From Paramecium tetraurelia (Eukaryota): a DNA stretch of 64,000 nucleotides. The position numbers were made by a program, and so were the translations under genes. Below the pieces are notes generated by a model. The model ran no database searches, was not told the origin of the DNA, and worked only from the letters and a program-made list of their open reading frames with translations. Below are positions 1 through 14,352 of the stretch, piece by piece (the stretch's first letter is position 1; every line of letters begins with the position of its first letter). The DNA lies in assembly GCA_000165425.1 (NCBI GenBank), contig CT868108.1:124001-188000 (forward strand), read 5' to 3'.

Positions 1-527
1 CCATAGAGATATAATTAATAACTAAAAATTATTTGAATGGATTGAAGGATAAGGATGATTAAATATAAAATTTATAATAATAAATTCAAAGTTTTCAACA
101 AGTTAAATTGGAATAATAAAATGAGATTAAATTGTTAGGGAGTATTAATGATAATATGGAATAAGAATAATTTGAGAATTTTGAATATAACTCAAAAATC
201 TAATTTACAAATGAAAAAATGATAGTATAAACGTAACCATAGGAGTTTCAATTAAATTAATTATAAAATGCAATAAAAGAGTTGGAATTGAAAAATCAGG
301 AATTGGAGACTGAAAAGATTAATATTTCAAATAACTATCAGTAAGCTTTGATTGAAGCATAATCTTTGAACCGCATTCAAGATAATTCTAATGAGAAAAT
401 GGAAAAGATATAGGAAGAAGTTATTGCCTTAAAATGCCGAATAGGAGACATGTTGAATACAGCTTAGGAATTCGGAGGGGCTTAATTAGTTGATAAATTG
501 TAATAAGCATTAGGAATAAAGGAATGA
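1..527 (+). CDS. 3' part of a coiled-coil protein of unknown function
   Basis: Code-6 frame ends ...LKCRIGDMLNTAQEFGGAQLVDKLQQALGIKE, TGA at 525-527; start lies outside the window. Confidence 0.65.
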
Positions 528-561
528 AGTAGATTATTTCTTTAATAATTAAAATATCAAA

Positions 562-2246
562 TCATAAAGTAACTAAAATATTAGTAAATTCTTCTTCAGA
601 GATTCTTCCATCCTTATTCAAGTCACAATCCTTTAAAAACTATTCCCATATCTCCGGCTCTAAAAATCCCATACTATCTTACAATTCCTCTTTTGATATG
701 TAACCATCACCATTTGTGTCTAGCATGCGAAATGCCTATTTAATTCTTTTGATAGAAACTAATTTTTCAAACTTCATGGCCCCCATAATAAATTCAGAAT
801 AGTCAATTAAGTTTGAATGATTCAAATCTAGAGCATCTAATATCTGATTAACTTTATCTTCTGCCTATTCTTTGTTTTTTAATATTTCTTGATAACCAGC
901 AATCAATTCTAGCTTACTCAAATTACCATCAAGATTTTTATCTAGAGCATTAAAGGTAGCCTTCAGTTCATTGATTTCTTGGCTTTGCAAAGTTTAATTC
1001 ACCATAAAAGTCATAATAGCTTTTTGAAAATTACTTTTGACCTAATTTTAGCAAAATAAAATACACAGAATTTTTCAATATTATTTAATAACTATTAGGA
1101 TATAATCTCTTATTTAGCATTTTTTTAAACCCAAGGATGTAAGAGAGCTTATTAGGCAGAGAACCTTTTTTTGACATCAGTATTGAGCATATTGTTAATC
1201 AAATCTATAGCTTCCTTTGAAACATTAGACCAATCGTCTTTGTCAAATATTATTTTGCCAATTTTAACCTTAGCAAAGATTTCATTTTCAGTTTTTCCAG
1301 TAAAAGGAGGATACCCGCATAAAAAAATATATAGTATAACTCCACAGGACCAAATATCCACTTTTTCATTATATTTACCATTTAAAACTTCTGGGGCAAT
1401 ATAATAAGGAGTTCCTAATCGTTTCTTCATATTATTATTTGATGAAAAGTATCTAGATGTTCCAAAATCAATTACTTTGACCTCTTCACCCTATCCACTT
1501 AAGAGGATATTCTCAGGTTTCAAATCTCTTTAAATATCATGATAAATTTACCTATGTACTATTTATTTTTCATGGCAGTAGCTCACAGCTTTTAGGATTT
1601 AGATAATGTAGCCAGCTGCCATTTTCTCACTAAAGCATTACAGTTTCTTAATTCTTTAGAATAATTCTCCTCCAGGAAGGTGTCTAAATATGATAAATAA
1701 TTACTCAGTAACAATTATATATTAATCATCTTCTTAGAAGCATTCGAAAACCCGAACGATATTAGGATGATCTAAAGACTTTAAGATATTCAGTTCCGAT
1801 AACATTCTTTCTTAATCCTCAAATAAAAGTGAGTCTTTCTTAATTTACTTCAGTGCTCTTAAAATACCAGTTTTCTTATGTTTGGCAAGCCATACACAGC
1901 CGTAGCTTCCTTATCCTAATTTTTTAATGAGATTATATTGTTCTTTCCATCCCCCTTGTTTCATTGTGACAAAATTATCATAGCTTATCTTCACAGATTT
2001 TTTGGAGCCTGGCAATTAAATGGTTGATTTCATTTTAGACTGATTGGTGTCTGAAGAGAAATCAAGATCGACTTTTGATGCAGCACTAGGTGTAATATAT
2101 TGTTTAAGGGGGGAAGTAATGTCTTCCTCGTCATCTTGAAACGAATTCCAAGTCTCTATTTTTTATAACGTAGGAGTCAAGATTTAAGTGTTACCTTATA
2201 AGTGATTGTAATGGATTTCTGAGTGATTACAACACGCATTACCCAT
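562..2246 (-). CDS. CDPK: Calcium-dependent protein kinase (kinase + 4 EF-hands)
   Basis: N-terminus MGNACC (acylation-like), GQGSYG, HRDLKPEN across an intron, [20 protein letters not shown]-hands DKNLDG, DLNHSN, DTNGDG, DLNKDG; tiny introns. Confidence 0.95.
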
Positions 2247-2534
2247 ATCAGAATAATTTTTATATTAATATGAACATCATTTAATTTGGTCGAATATTCA
2301 ATTTAAACTTCTCGGCTTATAAAAATATCAAATCAAAGAATTTAATTTCTTTTCAATCATCTGATTAATGATAGTTATTAATTGAATAATGACAGATGAA
2401 AGAGGGTTTCAACAAATTAATTTGCTCTACTTAATCTTATGTACATTTAGACAATTTGATCTTGGTCATAAATAATGTATTAAAATTGATGTAAATAACA
2501 CTCAAATAAGATTATAGAAATAACATCAATTTAT

Positions 2535-4043
2535 TCAATAATTTTATTGTTCCAAGACTTCAATTACCTCCACTAAACTCTCTCTATTTTGAACTTCTTA
2601 TATCTATAAACTATGAGTAACGGGTTTTCTACATAAGTAACAAAGTTCACTTTTGCTTAACAATTACTCACAACACTCTTTGCAAAATCCTCCATGACCA
2701 CATGGCATATTGATCATATTATTCTCTTTTTCATAACAAACTAAACATAATTTTTAAGAATTCTGATTCTATTGCTCTTATTTAAGTTAAGACTAATCTT
2801 CGAATTATTTTTTATCAGAATTCCTACTTGTCAAATCTTATCCTAAACTTGAACTGATTTCCAGTCTTTGTCTTGGACTAGACAAGAGCAAATCGAATCT
2901 TTTAGATTGATCATTGTCATTCATTTAATATTTATTGTCTATTTAATTTAAGTTTTTTTGTTGAATAACAGATGGTTTGTGTTGTTTATCATTATTTTGA
3001 GCGCATCTATAGTAAGTTTACGATAATCTAACCATGAATTGAGGCACCTTTGATATGCTAATCTTGTGCATTCTCTTCATTTTCAGTTATATCCTATTTT
3101 CAACCTACTGCTGATTTTGATTGATTTGTTATATCTATTGCTCAACATACAAATTACTCTATGCCATATCATAATATAAAAAGTAATCGCTCTATTATTA
3201 TTCATTTCTTACATTAGTTTCGATTTAAACTTATAAAAATAAGCTAATTAGAGTAGGTAATACAGGATTGTTAATCCAAAGGCATACTGATTTAATTAGA
3301 CGACATGAAAGTCTAGTTTCAAAGCACATCCGAAAAGAGTTGCAAATGGTAATATAGTGATCCCAAATGCAATCAAATTTAACCAAATCCCTCCCTTAAC
3401 TTAAATATATAAATTATTTTAACTGATAATTAATTTTTTATCTTCTTCAATCCCTTCTAATTTATTTCTGCATTTTTAGAGTAAGTCAATAAATAAACAT
3501 ATTGCTATCACAAATGACAATCCAAGGAGAAACCATATTATAATTAATGTTTAAATCCATCCCCAAGTAATTTGTCCTGTTATTCTGAGACTGACAAACA
3601 CAAGTTACAGAGCACCAATACTTTTAAATGCTGCGATTAACTAAGAGTTTAAGATCAACTTACAATCTCTTAAATCTAAAATTATTGATCTACAGCATCG
3701 CTATCTGATGTATTTCTATTGACTAGAACTGTGACTGATAGAATCAAGAACTGTAAGACGAGTTGAGCATAAGAGATGAAATTTATATTCACTCTCTCTA
3801 CCTCTAAATAATAGACTATGGAAAGCAAATAGGATATTAAGACTAAACTTTCGAAAATGTTAAAACAACAGTATTGGGAAAGACTAGAAATAATAAAGTG
3901 TTATACTTTCGACTTTTGAGCAATCTATGCACCATTATTGTAAATGAGGATACGCAGCAGTAGATAATGATTAATTTATAGTCCCATTAAAATATTAAAT
4001 GAGCATTGTATAATAAGCAAAATCCGCTGAGTATTGTTATCAT
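2535..4043 (-). CDS. Multi-pass membrane protein with C-terminal C3HC4 RING (putative E3 ligase)
   Basis: Hydrophobic N-terminal half; C-terminal CLVCYEKENNMINMPCGHGGFCKECVEQLL...CYLCR; start approximate. Confidence 0.85.
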
Positions 4044-4213
4044 AACTATTATCTAAATTTTTCAATTCAAATTACTGATTTCAAATTGTCTTGGGACTTT
4101 GATCTAATTTACTACAATTCAAAAGAACTAATTAAATGATTTGATACTTCACAATTCCATTCATAAGACAAAATGATAATATAATAATTTTAATAAGATA
4201 ATAAATGATGTAC

Positions 4214-5317
4214 TCAAACCTGTAATTTTTGATCATAATTGCTTAATGCAATCATAAATGCTATCAAAGGACTAAATGGTGCTGCTATGTCCAAATTAAA
4301 ATAATGCTTGTCCCACTTTCCAAATTATAGATATATCTTTTCAGGCATCTCATCCTTCAGAATCATTTAAAAATTCTTTATTGAAGAAATCTTAACTCTT
4401 TCATAGAAATTGAGGATAAAAGTTTGAAGTTTGGGATCCCATTTTGGTTTTCGATTAAGATATTCATTATTTGGATCGTTTTGAAATTTAAACTACAATT
4501 TACAATGATTTCAATACACACTGTTATCTGGGCTCATTGGCTTTTGGAATTGCACATATGCGCAACTCACCCAGACATTATCTATAGGGTTCTTTCTTCC
4601 TTTTGGGATTCAATCCTGTATCATAAAAATAATATTAGTTATTTTTTTTACAACTAACCTGTCCTACAAATTGTGGAGATTTCCTTTCTATATTTTCTTT
4701 ATCTGCACTAATCAGATATTTATTTCCAACCTTTTTAGCTGCCAAATAGCATTAATTATCTTTTAGAAAGTAGAACTTTGGTCTAAAAGTATTAAATCCT
4801 GATTTGTTTATCTAAAAAGCACATTGAACTATCCCTTATTATTAAATAGGAGAAGTAAGAAAGTCAGATTGTAATTAAAACTAAAAGTTCTTTATGATAC
4901 TCGGATAAGCACTTATGATTAATGAATTAGTCGTAGATTTGTCTGGACTATAGGAATCTCTTTATTAATCGACTTTAGCCATTTAATATTCCTTTTAGTA
5001 ACCTCCCTTTTATTTTTATTCTAATTTCTTAGGAATATTCCCTTAATAAGTGAGATCATCTTCATGATCTTCGGCTACCAAATCGCCTACTCTTGGATTT
5101 TGTCTCTCTACTTTAAACTTCATTTATAGACAAGCAATACCATCTTAATTTCTAAAGGATTTTGATTTTGCACGTCTATTGAGTTCATTTTAATCAGTTA
5201 GGAAGGACTAACGGTTGGGGAATCGTTGGGTTGCTTAATTATGGAACCTCTCTAATGATTAGTTGAAAATCAAAATACTTTTTCCGCGATCCGTTTAGGT
5301 GAGGATTGTTGTTGCAT
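4214..5317 (-). CDS. Tubby-domain protein
   Basis: C-terminus FILNFYERVKISSIKNFQM...YLQFGKWDKHYFNLDIAAPFSPLIAFMIALSNYD matches the Tubby fold motifs. Confidence 0.9.
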
Positions 5318-5378
5318 AGCGATTAAATTATACTATATTTAATCAAATATACAAAATATATAAAAATTTAGTCTCATT

Positions 5379-6276
5379 TCATAAAGTTGTTACTCCTATT
5401 TATTAAATGCCTTAAACTTCATATTTGGCAGTAGTTTATTATGAAGTCCTTTCAAAGAGGCCAGCTAGTATTTTCAAGAAGAAATCTATCTTAACTTCCC
5501 AATAACACACTTGATTGTAAAAATAGTGAGCAAATATGCATCCCGTTGTTACCTAATTTAAATTTTTAAAAATACATCAATTGTGTAGTGTATTGCAAAT
5601 GTTATCACAACGAAAGCCTAATATAAAGAACACAAAAAGAATAATGTCGACACATACTTTTTGCCTATCCTTTTCATTTCGAGTCCACAAATCACCAAAT
5701 ATCCGACATGTCCCTAAATTAATTTCAATATTTACAGAATAAAAGAAATCAGAAAAAAATCCATACTTTACAACCAAACTTGGGATGTTTGGGTCCTCCC
5801 AATAGTAATTTTGGGGGGATTCCAGTTTCACCAGATTCAAGTGAATTGCCCGAATAACATAAAAGATAATTAAGGCTGCAAATAATCTAAAATTTCTTTG
5901 GTAGAGAACCCAATATAGTGAAATATATAGATATGCAACGTCCAAAATAATAGCTGAGAGCAATTACATAGAAATAGAAAACCTAAATAGCATCACTATA
6001 GTACCATCGATGTTCTTTATACAAATTGTTGATTGGTGTTGTAATTTAGTGTCCCACATCCCAAACTCCAATTATTTTTTCCGATGGAGTGCAAAAAAGT
6101 TGAAATAGCTAAGTAAGAACAACATATGAAAAGAACACAAAAATCCTAAATCGAAAATTGTAACAAGGATTCCCTGGAACTCCACTTTAGGTATGATCAA
6201 ACTTCTCTGGAAAGACAAAGTGTTTAATATCCTCTCCATTGTATATTGTAATTTTTTCGTCATTGACAGTCTTCAT
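5379..6276 (-). CDS. Sphingomyelin/IPC synthase-like PAP2-family membrane enzyme
   Basis: Several TM segments; SDFFYSGH and HYTID motifs rejoined across tiny introns, giving the His/His/Asp-type catalytic set. Confidence 0.75.
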
Positions 6277-6790
6277 TTTAAAAAATTATTAGAATTCCAA
6301 ATAAATTCCTAATTTCTTAAATGGGGATATCATATTATTAATTAATATCAAGATCAAACTTAAGAAAAATCTGATAAATGCAATAAAATTAATCAATTTG
6401 TATCCCTAACCCAGAGATTAGGCATTAATTACTACATAAAATATCAAATATCCTTATAGATAATAAAAAAGATCAATATTTTATATTTTTAATTCTGTTT
6501 TATCATCAAAAAATATCTAAATAACCTTGGAGTACATTTTGTTCAAGATTGTGATAATGGAATTTTTACAAAAATTGATTTTTGCAAAACCTGAGTTATG
6601 ATAAGAAATTTTACAATTGAATAAATGTGAATGCTTAAGAAATTCATTAGTAGATGTGAGAATCAATTAGGAATATCATATGAATTCTTAATACAAGATT
6701 GAATTTCGTTAAATGATAATAAATTATATCAAATTAAATCAATATAATAAATAGACCATTGTAGATCTAAACTAATTTATTCTTATTTAA

Positions 6791-7603
6791 TCAATATAGA
6801 GTTATTACTGCAAATGAAATTATCTAAAATAATTGAGAATATAATTCGGCTGGATCAACACAGGCTTAACATTCCTGATTACCTGTGCTATTATCAAAAT
6901 GATAGATAAAATTGGAATCCAAACTACATCTAGATATGTTGGTGAATGGAGTTGTATCGTTTGATTCCTAACAAAATGCTCTTGTTTCATTCCAACTACA
7001 AAAAGTGAATTTTCTCTCTCCATTAATCGTCCATAAACAATTTGGTTGATCAAAATAGAGACACTCCTTTGAATTGCATTTAGATTAAGTCTTCTTAGCA
7101 TCCCAATAACATCCCAAACCATTGCATGCCTTTTCTGTAAGAATCTCATTGCATTTTGTTTCGTATGTCACAGAAGAGCATGCATGATCATGTTTCTCAC
7201 AGAACTCATAATTACTTAATTGTATGTTGCAATTATTGGTTGAAAAGTCACTACAATGTTTTCTATCTAATGTATATTTTATTTAACAGGACTCAGTGTC
7301 ATCAACTTCGCAGATAGATGAATTTGTGCATGTGTCATTGCAATGATAAGTATCAATGTCTAAACATTTCTCATCAACCCATTTACAATTGGGATTCCAA
7401 TCATCAGTCGTTGTGGTTTAATTGCATTCTGAATCACTGATCCTATTCTCACAACTCACCTAAATACAAATATCATTCTTCCAAAAGCATCCTCCAAGTA
7501 AACATTCTTCCTCCCAAAATAACTACTAACAAGTGCATCTAGCCACCAGTTACCAAGCAACTATAACGAATAACCCTAATAAAATCAGAATTTTTGCAGT
7601 CAT
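6791..7603 (-). CDS. Cys-rich secreted or GPI-anchored surface protein (mini-antigen-like)
   Basis: Signal peptide MTAKILILLGLFVIVAW, repeated C..C.W..C units, hydrophobic C-terminus; apparently intronless. Confidence 0.8.
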
Positions 7604-7864
7604 CAAATTAATGACTATTTAATATTTTTTATAATAATAATAATTTTTCAAAACAGTCCTCATAATCGTTATATGTTGAAAAAATTAATTGTTTTCTAAA
7701 CAGTTTATTATTACTTTATTTTTAAATATTGTAATCGATTGCAGAGTTGTGTGAATATTATTTAAAATGTGTAAAATCAATTTTAGGGATTGGTATAATT
7801 TAGTCTAAATGTACTTCCTTTTACTCATTTCTGTCATTACTAAGGAGATTATTTAATTAATTTA

Positions 7865-10800
7865 ATGATATAATTTTATCACTATGTCTTAAGTCATTTC
7901 CTAAATAAACATCACAAAGTTAAAATAGATTCAGAAAAAATTGTTTCCCTCTTATTCATAGTATATTACTCTCAACTAATTTGCGTACTATAATAAACAT
8001 AGGATAATGCTTTAGATTAGCAGATATAAATAAACTTACTAAATTTATTTTAGTATTACGGTCAAATATGGAGACCCTACAATTATTTAATCTAATATAA
8101 GGGATTCAGACAATATGCCTTCCTAATACCTTCGCTACTGATTACATTGATTATGATTGATTTTTTCTTGTAATGGATGGAGGAAGTGAGAAGCAAGAAT
8201 GCATAATAAAAAAAGTTGAATTTTAAAGCAATTCATAACAATAATGAAAAAATACTGTCTGTTATCTTTCAGGTGCATTTGTACACTATATCACTTTACG
8301 AATTAGACCTTTTAATGTTGTCTCTTAGAGATGGAATATCGAATTTGCCAGAATCAATGGCTGTGCTAGCTTTCTCTTTTTTTTTCCTTTTTTGTAAATT
8401 ACTTTTTATACTACTAACCCTCATGTGTTCAGAATCGATTCACTTTCCAAGTTCTCCAATTCATTTTAATGTATTATCCATTGGATAATATTTTAACATA
8501 TTTCTTATAGTAATCAGTTTATATCTGAAATACGAAATGGGAGACTTGCAAACCTCCCTTTTCCACATCATTAATTTAATTATAATTGGATTTTACATTT
8601 ATTAAGAGTGCCAGAAGAAAGTCAATTACTTAAACACCTTAGTATTACTATTACTCACATATGGTTTTTTTAATAATTTATCATTCTTTTTTGTTATTGA
8701 AACCTCAAAGAAGGAATATTAAATAGCACTCCTATATGTCTTGTGTCCCTTGTTTCTAAATTTGGTTATCCATTACTCAAGAAAGTCAACTATTATAGTC
8801 TACGAAAAAAATCGAACTATTGATTAAATATTTAACAACCTCCTCATACTAGATGAAAACAAATCCAATATTTATAAATAAGATAATTTCTAAACTCTGA
8901 TTCTAAAATAAATAACAACTAACGCAGATGACCCCTTCAATTCAGAATTAATCTTGTTTAACAATAAAATCATCAAGTCCAAAAAGAGCTAAAAAGCTTT
9001 TTGGTACTATAAATACATTCTTATAAAATTATCACAACAGTAATACACCGAGACTCTGATGCTGATACACAATTTCAAATAATCCTTATTTTATTCAGAA
9101 TTAAGCAAATAATTTGTCAGAGTTCAGATAACTATTTCATTTATACAATAATTGAAACTCATAAATATCAAAAGTGAAGTTTATTAATTATTAAATTACA
9201 ATATCAATAAGAATTTTGATTTGGATAAACTCAACTCAAGCACTTTTATTCATTACAAAGTTCAGATTCAAAAAAGCTAAATTTAGATTTTAAATCTCTT
9301 TAAGGAAAAGGAAGCCCTATATGCTCAACTCTTGGAGGGGAAACCTACAAAAATAAATGGTATATTTAATAAGAGTTACAATATTCTTGAACAAGCCTTG
9401 TAATTACAATAGGATTTGAGGTAGGAATTAACTACCTAGAAAACATACCGCATTCATTAATTATTGACCATGCTTTACGTTGAATTTTTTAATAATATTA
9501 TATAGGCCGAACTTCTCAAGTACTTTTAATTGAATAACGAAGAGTTGAAATAGAATCCATTAGAAAATATGGATTTTCTCAATCTTAAATTAGAAGATAA
9601 CCTACTAAATACTTAGATAAAGTATTTTAGTTAGAGTCTCTTTTTGAAGTTGGGATATAAACTAAAAGATGAATCCTTTTTTCATTTCAAAATGCTCTTC
9701 CCGGACGCTTTTTATGATACTCACCAAGATCTAATTAGACGCTTTCTGGAAAGTGGGACTTGTAAGTATTTAAACAGAATCTCCGATATGCTGATTAGAG
9801 GATAGGATAATGTCTACTTTTACTCTATGTTCTAATTGAATATCGAAAACTCCAGTGAACCAGAACTATCTTTTTATGTTTTCATAAAAATAAATGAAGA
9901 GCAGCCGAATTCAGTATTCATCAATAAGCAAAACCAAATTATCGGCTATACCACATCATTTTTGAATTACATCAATAAAAAAAACATGACTTTTACTTCG
10001 AAATCCTTATACTTACAAGAGCTTAGTAAAGTAATCATTATCAATAAGCAACAACTTGGGTAAAAGTATGTAAAGGGGCGTTTGACATATGATTTATAGG
10101 AAGTAGCCTTAGAGTATATTGAAAGAAAAAGCATTGCAGAATTAGTCATATTGGATGAAAATTGGGATTATTTATTAAATCACGAAGTATTTAGTCAAGA
10201 ACCAAGTCAACACTGCAGTTTATTACTTAACCAAGAATCTGTAGTCTTAATACCAAATCAGCTTTTTATTGATGATTTGAATAGTCCACTATCTTTGGCA
10301 AGAAGAGACAAACCCTATTAAGAACTATTGCAAAGTGATATAAAACAAAACCAAACAATCAAAAGTAAAGAAGATAGCAACATAATTAGCGAACCTATTT
10401 AGGACAAGCCAAAATATAAATAAAAATTAAGTAATAAAGAATAAAAAGATGACATCAATAATGATTAAGCATCATCCAAGTTTTCAAGAGGATTTTTAGA
10501 TAATTCAATCTTTTATTCAAAATACAACAAGCTTAACTTATTTTTAACTTAAAGCAAAAGAAATCGTCAAATCACTATGGCGTTATTATTGCTTCTTTTA
10601 GCACTACTAATAAATATTATTTTTTAGTTGATAAGTTTGACTCAATTTCTACCTCAATATGAGAAAGTAAATTCAGATCTTGATATGTTGAGTATTAAAG
10701 GCAATTTCATGGCCCCTATTCATAATTGCGTAACAGCTTAGGTGAGCGTTGTTAATTATATACTCTTGGCATATGTTTTTAAAGAGATTACTCAAGAAGT

Positions 10801-12413
10801 TGCTTTAAGAAAAATGTAATTTGGAATGGATTCTATTTATAAATCATATGAACATTTAAAATCCTCATTTTCTACTCAATTAGACAACCAAAACCTCTAA
10901 GGGTTTTTCTATGATAAGGAAATAATAATGTATTAATTTGAGAATTTAACTCTGGTGCCACGAAACATATCATTAAAGCCTGCTTTGGTTTACTATTAAG
11001 AAGCTTAATACTTTGTTTCAATCATAGATTATTACAATGTGCTTTCAGTAATTCCTTCAAACGATTTTATTTATTATATGGCTAATATCTTAGAGGTTGA
11101 TAACTATTTTGATTACTTGAATGACGAGGTTGAAATATTTGTGGAGACTAGAATGAAAAATTTCGAGAGTAGTTAAACAAAGTTTTTCTTAAAAATGATA
11201 TTTTTATAATTGTTAATAGTGACTTTGGGTATTTCTCTTGTTTTGTAAAATTAATACACCCTAACAGAGTTATTTAGTTTATTTACAAATATTAATATAT
11301 TTGCATTATAGAAGGAGATTTAGAAGCTATAAAAAATGATCCACTTATTGAATCATGACGATGCATACTAGATTTACAATTTTGAAGTAAGTGTGTGGGA
11401 GAAGGAAATATCTGCTCAAACATTTTCATACAATTTGAAAATTAATTTGAGTAGAATCATATGTCATGAATACAAGTTGCCTAGATTAGCATTAATTACT
11501 ATATTTGTTATTGTAGTTTCAATTTATTTACTTCCTTAAATAATATTAGAATCTATGAATGGAGTCTTTTTCGATAAATACTCAAATAGCATAGATCTCT
11601 TGGTTAGATTGTCTTCATTAGGCTCAGCAGTGACAGCAGTATATGAGATTAGAGAAATCAATTATTTGATATCAGGTAAGTCTCCTTTTTTCGATTTCTT
11701 TACTGATTAAAAGCGAATTGAATAAAACGCTAAGGTTGAGCATGAACTTAATAAAATAAACGAATTTCTCTTTTTTTATTTATTCCTTGATTTGTAAAAA
11801 TTATAGCAATATTTATTAGTGAATAATCCTTAAGTGATGATGATATTGTATCGGTATTTGAAAATGTTCAATCATCAAATCTGTGTAAATTTATAACTCA
11901 TGTAATAACACTATTTATAATGATTAGTATAACGTAAGTTTGGCTGAAGAGCATTGTGATTTAATTTATGACGGAGTGATGAAATTGGGATTGATAAATG
12001 CACTCACTGAAATATACAGTTAGATCAAGACTGAATACGAAAACAGCAAAGGCTTTCAAATTTAATATAGGAATAAATCGGGTGCTTTTGAGGAGGTTGA
12101 AATAGGATTGATTGCATCGGATTCAGTTTTATATTTAGAATCTGAAGTATTTCATTCAGTAACGAAGAAGACTTCAGAAATAATAGATTCTCATTAAGTA
12201 TAACAATTTTTAAGGTTTAATTAGATTTTGATTGGTATCCAAATAACAATCAGTGTGATTCTTGGATTTATTTTGGTACGCTATTATTATCCATACTGAA
12301 TGAGGAGAACTCTGATAGTTAAGAACATGATATTTCTAATACCCTAGTTGCAGTTTTATCTAGATCAAAAATTTGAAACTGATTTCCGATTGTTATAAAT
12401 GCAAAATGTATGA
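7865..12413 (+). CDS. Large multi-pass membrane protein (ciliate-expanded family, possibly PAS/TmcB-like)
   Basis: About 4.5 kb code-6 frame with an N-terminal TM cluster, long soluble middle and C-terminal TMs; ends IFLIPQLQFYLDQKF...NV-TGA; start uncertain. Confidence 0.65.
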
Positions 12414-12445
12414 GGTTGACATGTAATTGTGAAATTAATTTATAA

Positions 12446-14324
12446 ATGTTAAAATTCGTTTTATTTATTTTATTCTTGAATTTTATTGATGATGTTACTC
12501 TGCGATAGGGAGGGGATGGCCAAATGTTATTTGTGAATGGGAAACCACATTAGGTATTGGTGAAATAAAAGCGATTTGCATAATTGAGGTAACTATGAGT
12601 AAATAATAAATTAAGATCTATGCCAGAGTTATCAGAAGATGAAGGAGGAGATGATGGTGGTGGAGATGATATGGGTGATGATGAGATTGAAGCAGGAGGA
12701 GGTGGGGGTCCTAGTTTGGGTGGATTAGGAGGATTAGCAGGTGGAAATCCGAGAGATGCAGAAACAGAAGAGAATCTAAGATTGGATGCCTGGTCTATCA
12801 TAAGAAGTTTAGACGAATTTATGGTTGTTCAGAATCAGAGATTGATGGATGCATTATATGGAGATGCAATAGAATAAAATGAAGAAATGGAAGAATTAAT
12901 CTACGATTTGACTGACAACATCGATCATTGGACCTATAGAGTCTATAGTAAATTCTAAAAAACGAACCTTGCTCTAGAAGACAGTAGATACACATCAGCA
13001 AAAACAGCTATAATAGTAATGATCTCATTCTACATGATTAGGCAATTGAAAGTCAAATTAGAAAGGCTAATTAGCAACTTAAAATATATTATGGTTAGTT
13101 GTATAGGTTGTAGGATCAAATCCCCGATGAGGAAGAACAATGCGCATAGTTCTATACATGCAAGGAATGTCTGAGCAATCAGGGTTGTGGATGGTGTCCT
13201 TTAAATGATAAATGTGTGGTTGGAGATGAGAATGGGCCACTCTTCTAACAATGCCAACATTACAACTATTAGTTCTGCTAAGGTAAATAATGCTTGAAAT
13301 ATTCTACTTGTAATGTAAGAATATTAAATAATTCATGAGACCTGTCTATCTGACTCTGAATGTGGATGGTGCTAAGTGGATGAAGATGACATCAAGGTTT
13401 GTCTCTAACAACCCAGGAATTTCGAAGGTTGTCCTGAGGGTCATTGGCATCACATAGCAGGGGAGCAATTTGCCTGTCCATTTAAGAAATAGAAACAAAA
13501 GATGGAGGAGGATGTGCCTGTTCATAAATTTTGGATGAGACCCAAGGCTCCACCTCCTGAGTGTAAACCTGTGGATTCTGCTATGAGAGCGAAGATTTAA
13601 AAGGAGAGACAAGAATATAATGATAAGTCAGAATATAAGGGGGAATAAAATAGAAATAAAGAAGTGGTAAAACTAGTGCTTATGTACAATAGTAATTGAA
13701 TTATAAGAACACTCTTCAGCAAAAAGTAGTTTAATTAAAGAATTTAGTAGAAGAACTCTTAGAAAGAAGGGATGACATCTAAGCATGGGTGGATGAGTAT
13801 ATGAAGGCTAGAGGCATAGAACCATCGGAACCAGCTGAAAATCAAGATTAGGATGCAGGAGAAGAATCCCCTCAGGAAAATTAAGAGTAAGAGGATTCAT
13901 CCAATGCTTCAGGATAAGGAGCCAACAACAGGATCTAAGTGAAAAAAGAGAAAAAGTAGAAGAGTAATTCTATATTTATAAGTTAGAAATTGTGTAAATA
14001 TTTGCTGAAGAAACAGCAATGCCAGAGGAAGAATAAATGCCTGAAGCATTATAAGAAGAAGTGTAGGAAGAAGTAGTTGAATAGGGAGAAGAAGACGTGG
14101 AATATGTGTTTGAGACATCCAAAGAATATAAGGTAGATATTCGTGAAATTCACGTGGAGAAGGAGAAGAAGAAGAAGGTTGACAAGGAGGAAATTGAGGA
14201 TAAAAAATATAAGGATCAAGGAGATAGAGATATAGAAGGAGATTTAGAAACAGATTATTACAAAGATTATTATAAATAAAGGAAAAAGCATTTTAGAGAT
14301 TTTGAGAAGTATTATCCAAAATGA
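12446..14324 (+). CDS. Secreted acidic PSI-domain protein (ND7/ND169-like trichocyst exocytosis family)
   Basis: Signal peptide; PSI repeats such as CAQFYTCKECLSNQGCGWC...CVVGDENGP; acidic and coiled-coil segments; tiny introns. Confidence 0.8.
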
Positions 14325-14330
14325 GAATTA

Positions 14331-14340
14331 TTCGTTTTTC
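14331..14340 (+). promoter_or_regulatory. TTCGTTTTTC candidate promoter element
   Basis: Lies in a 28-bp intergenic gap, 12 nt before the ATG; matches the motif upstream of the three TMP genes. Confidence 0.35.
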
Positions 14341-14352
14341 TAATAGTTAATT

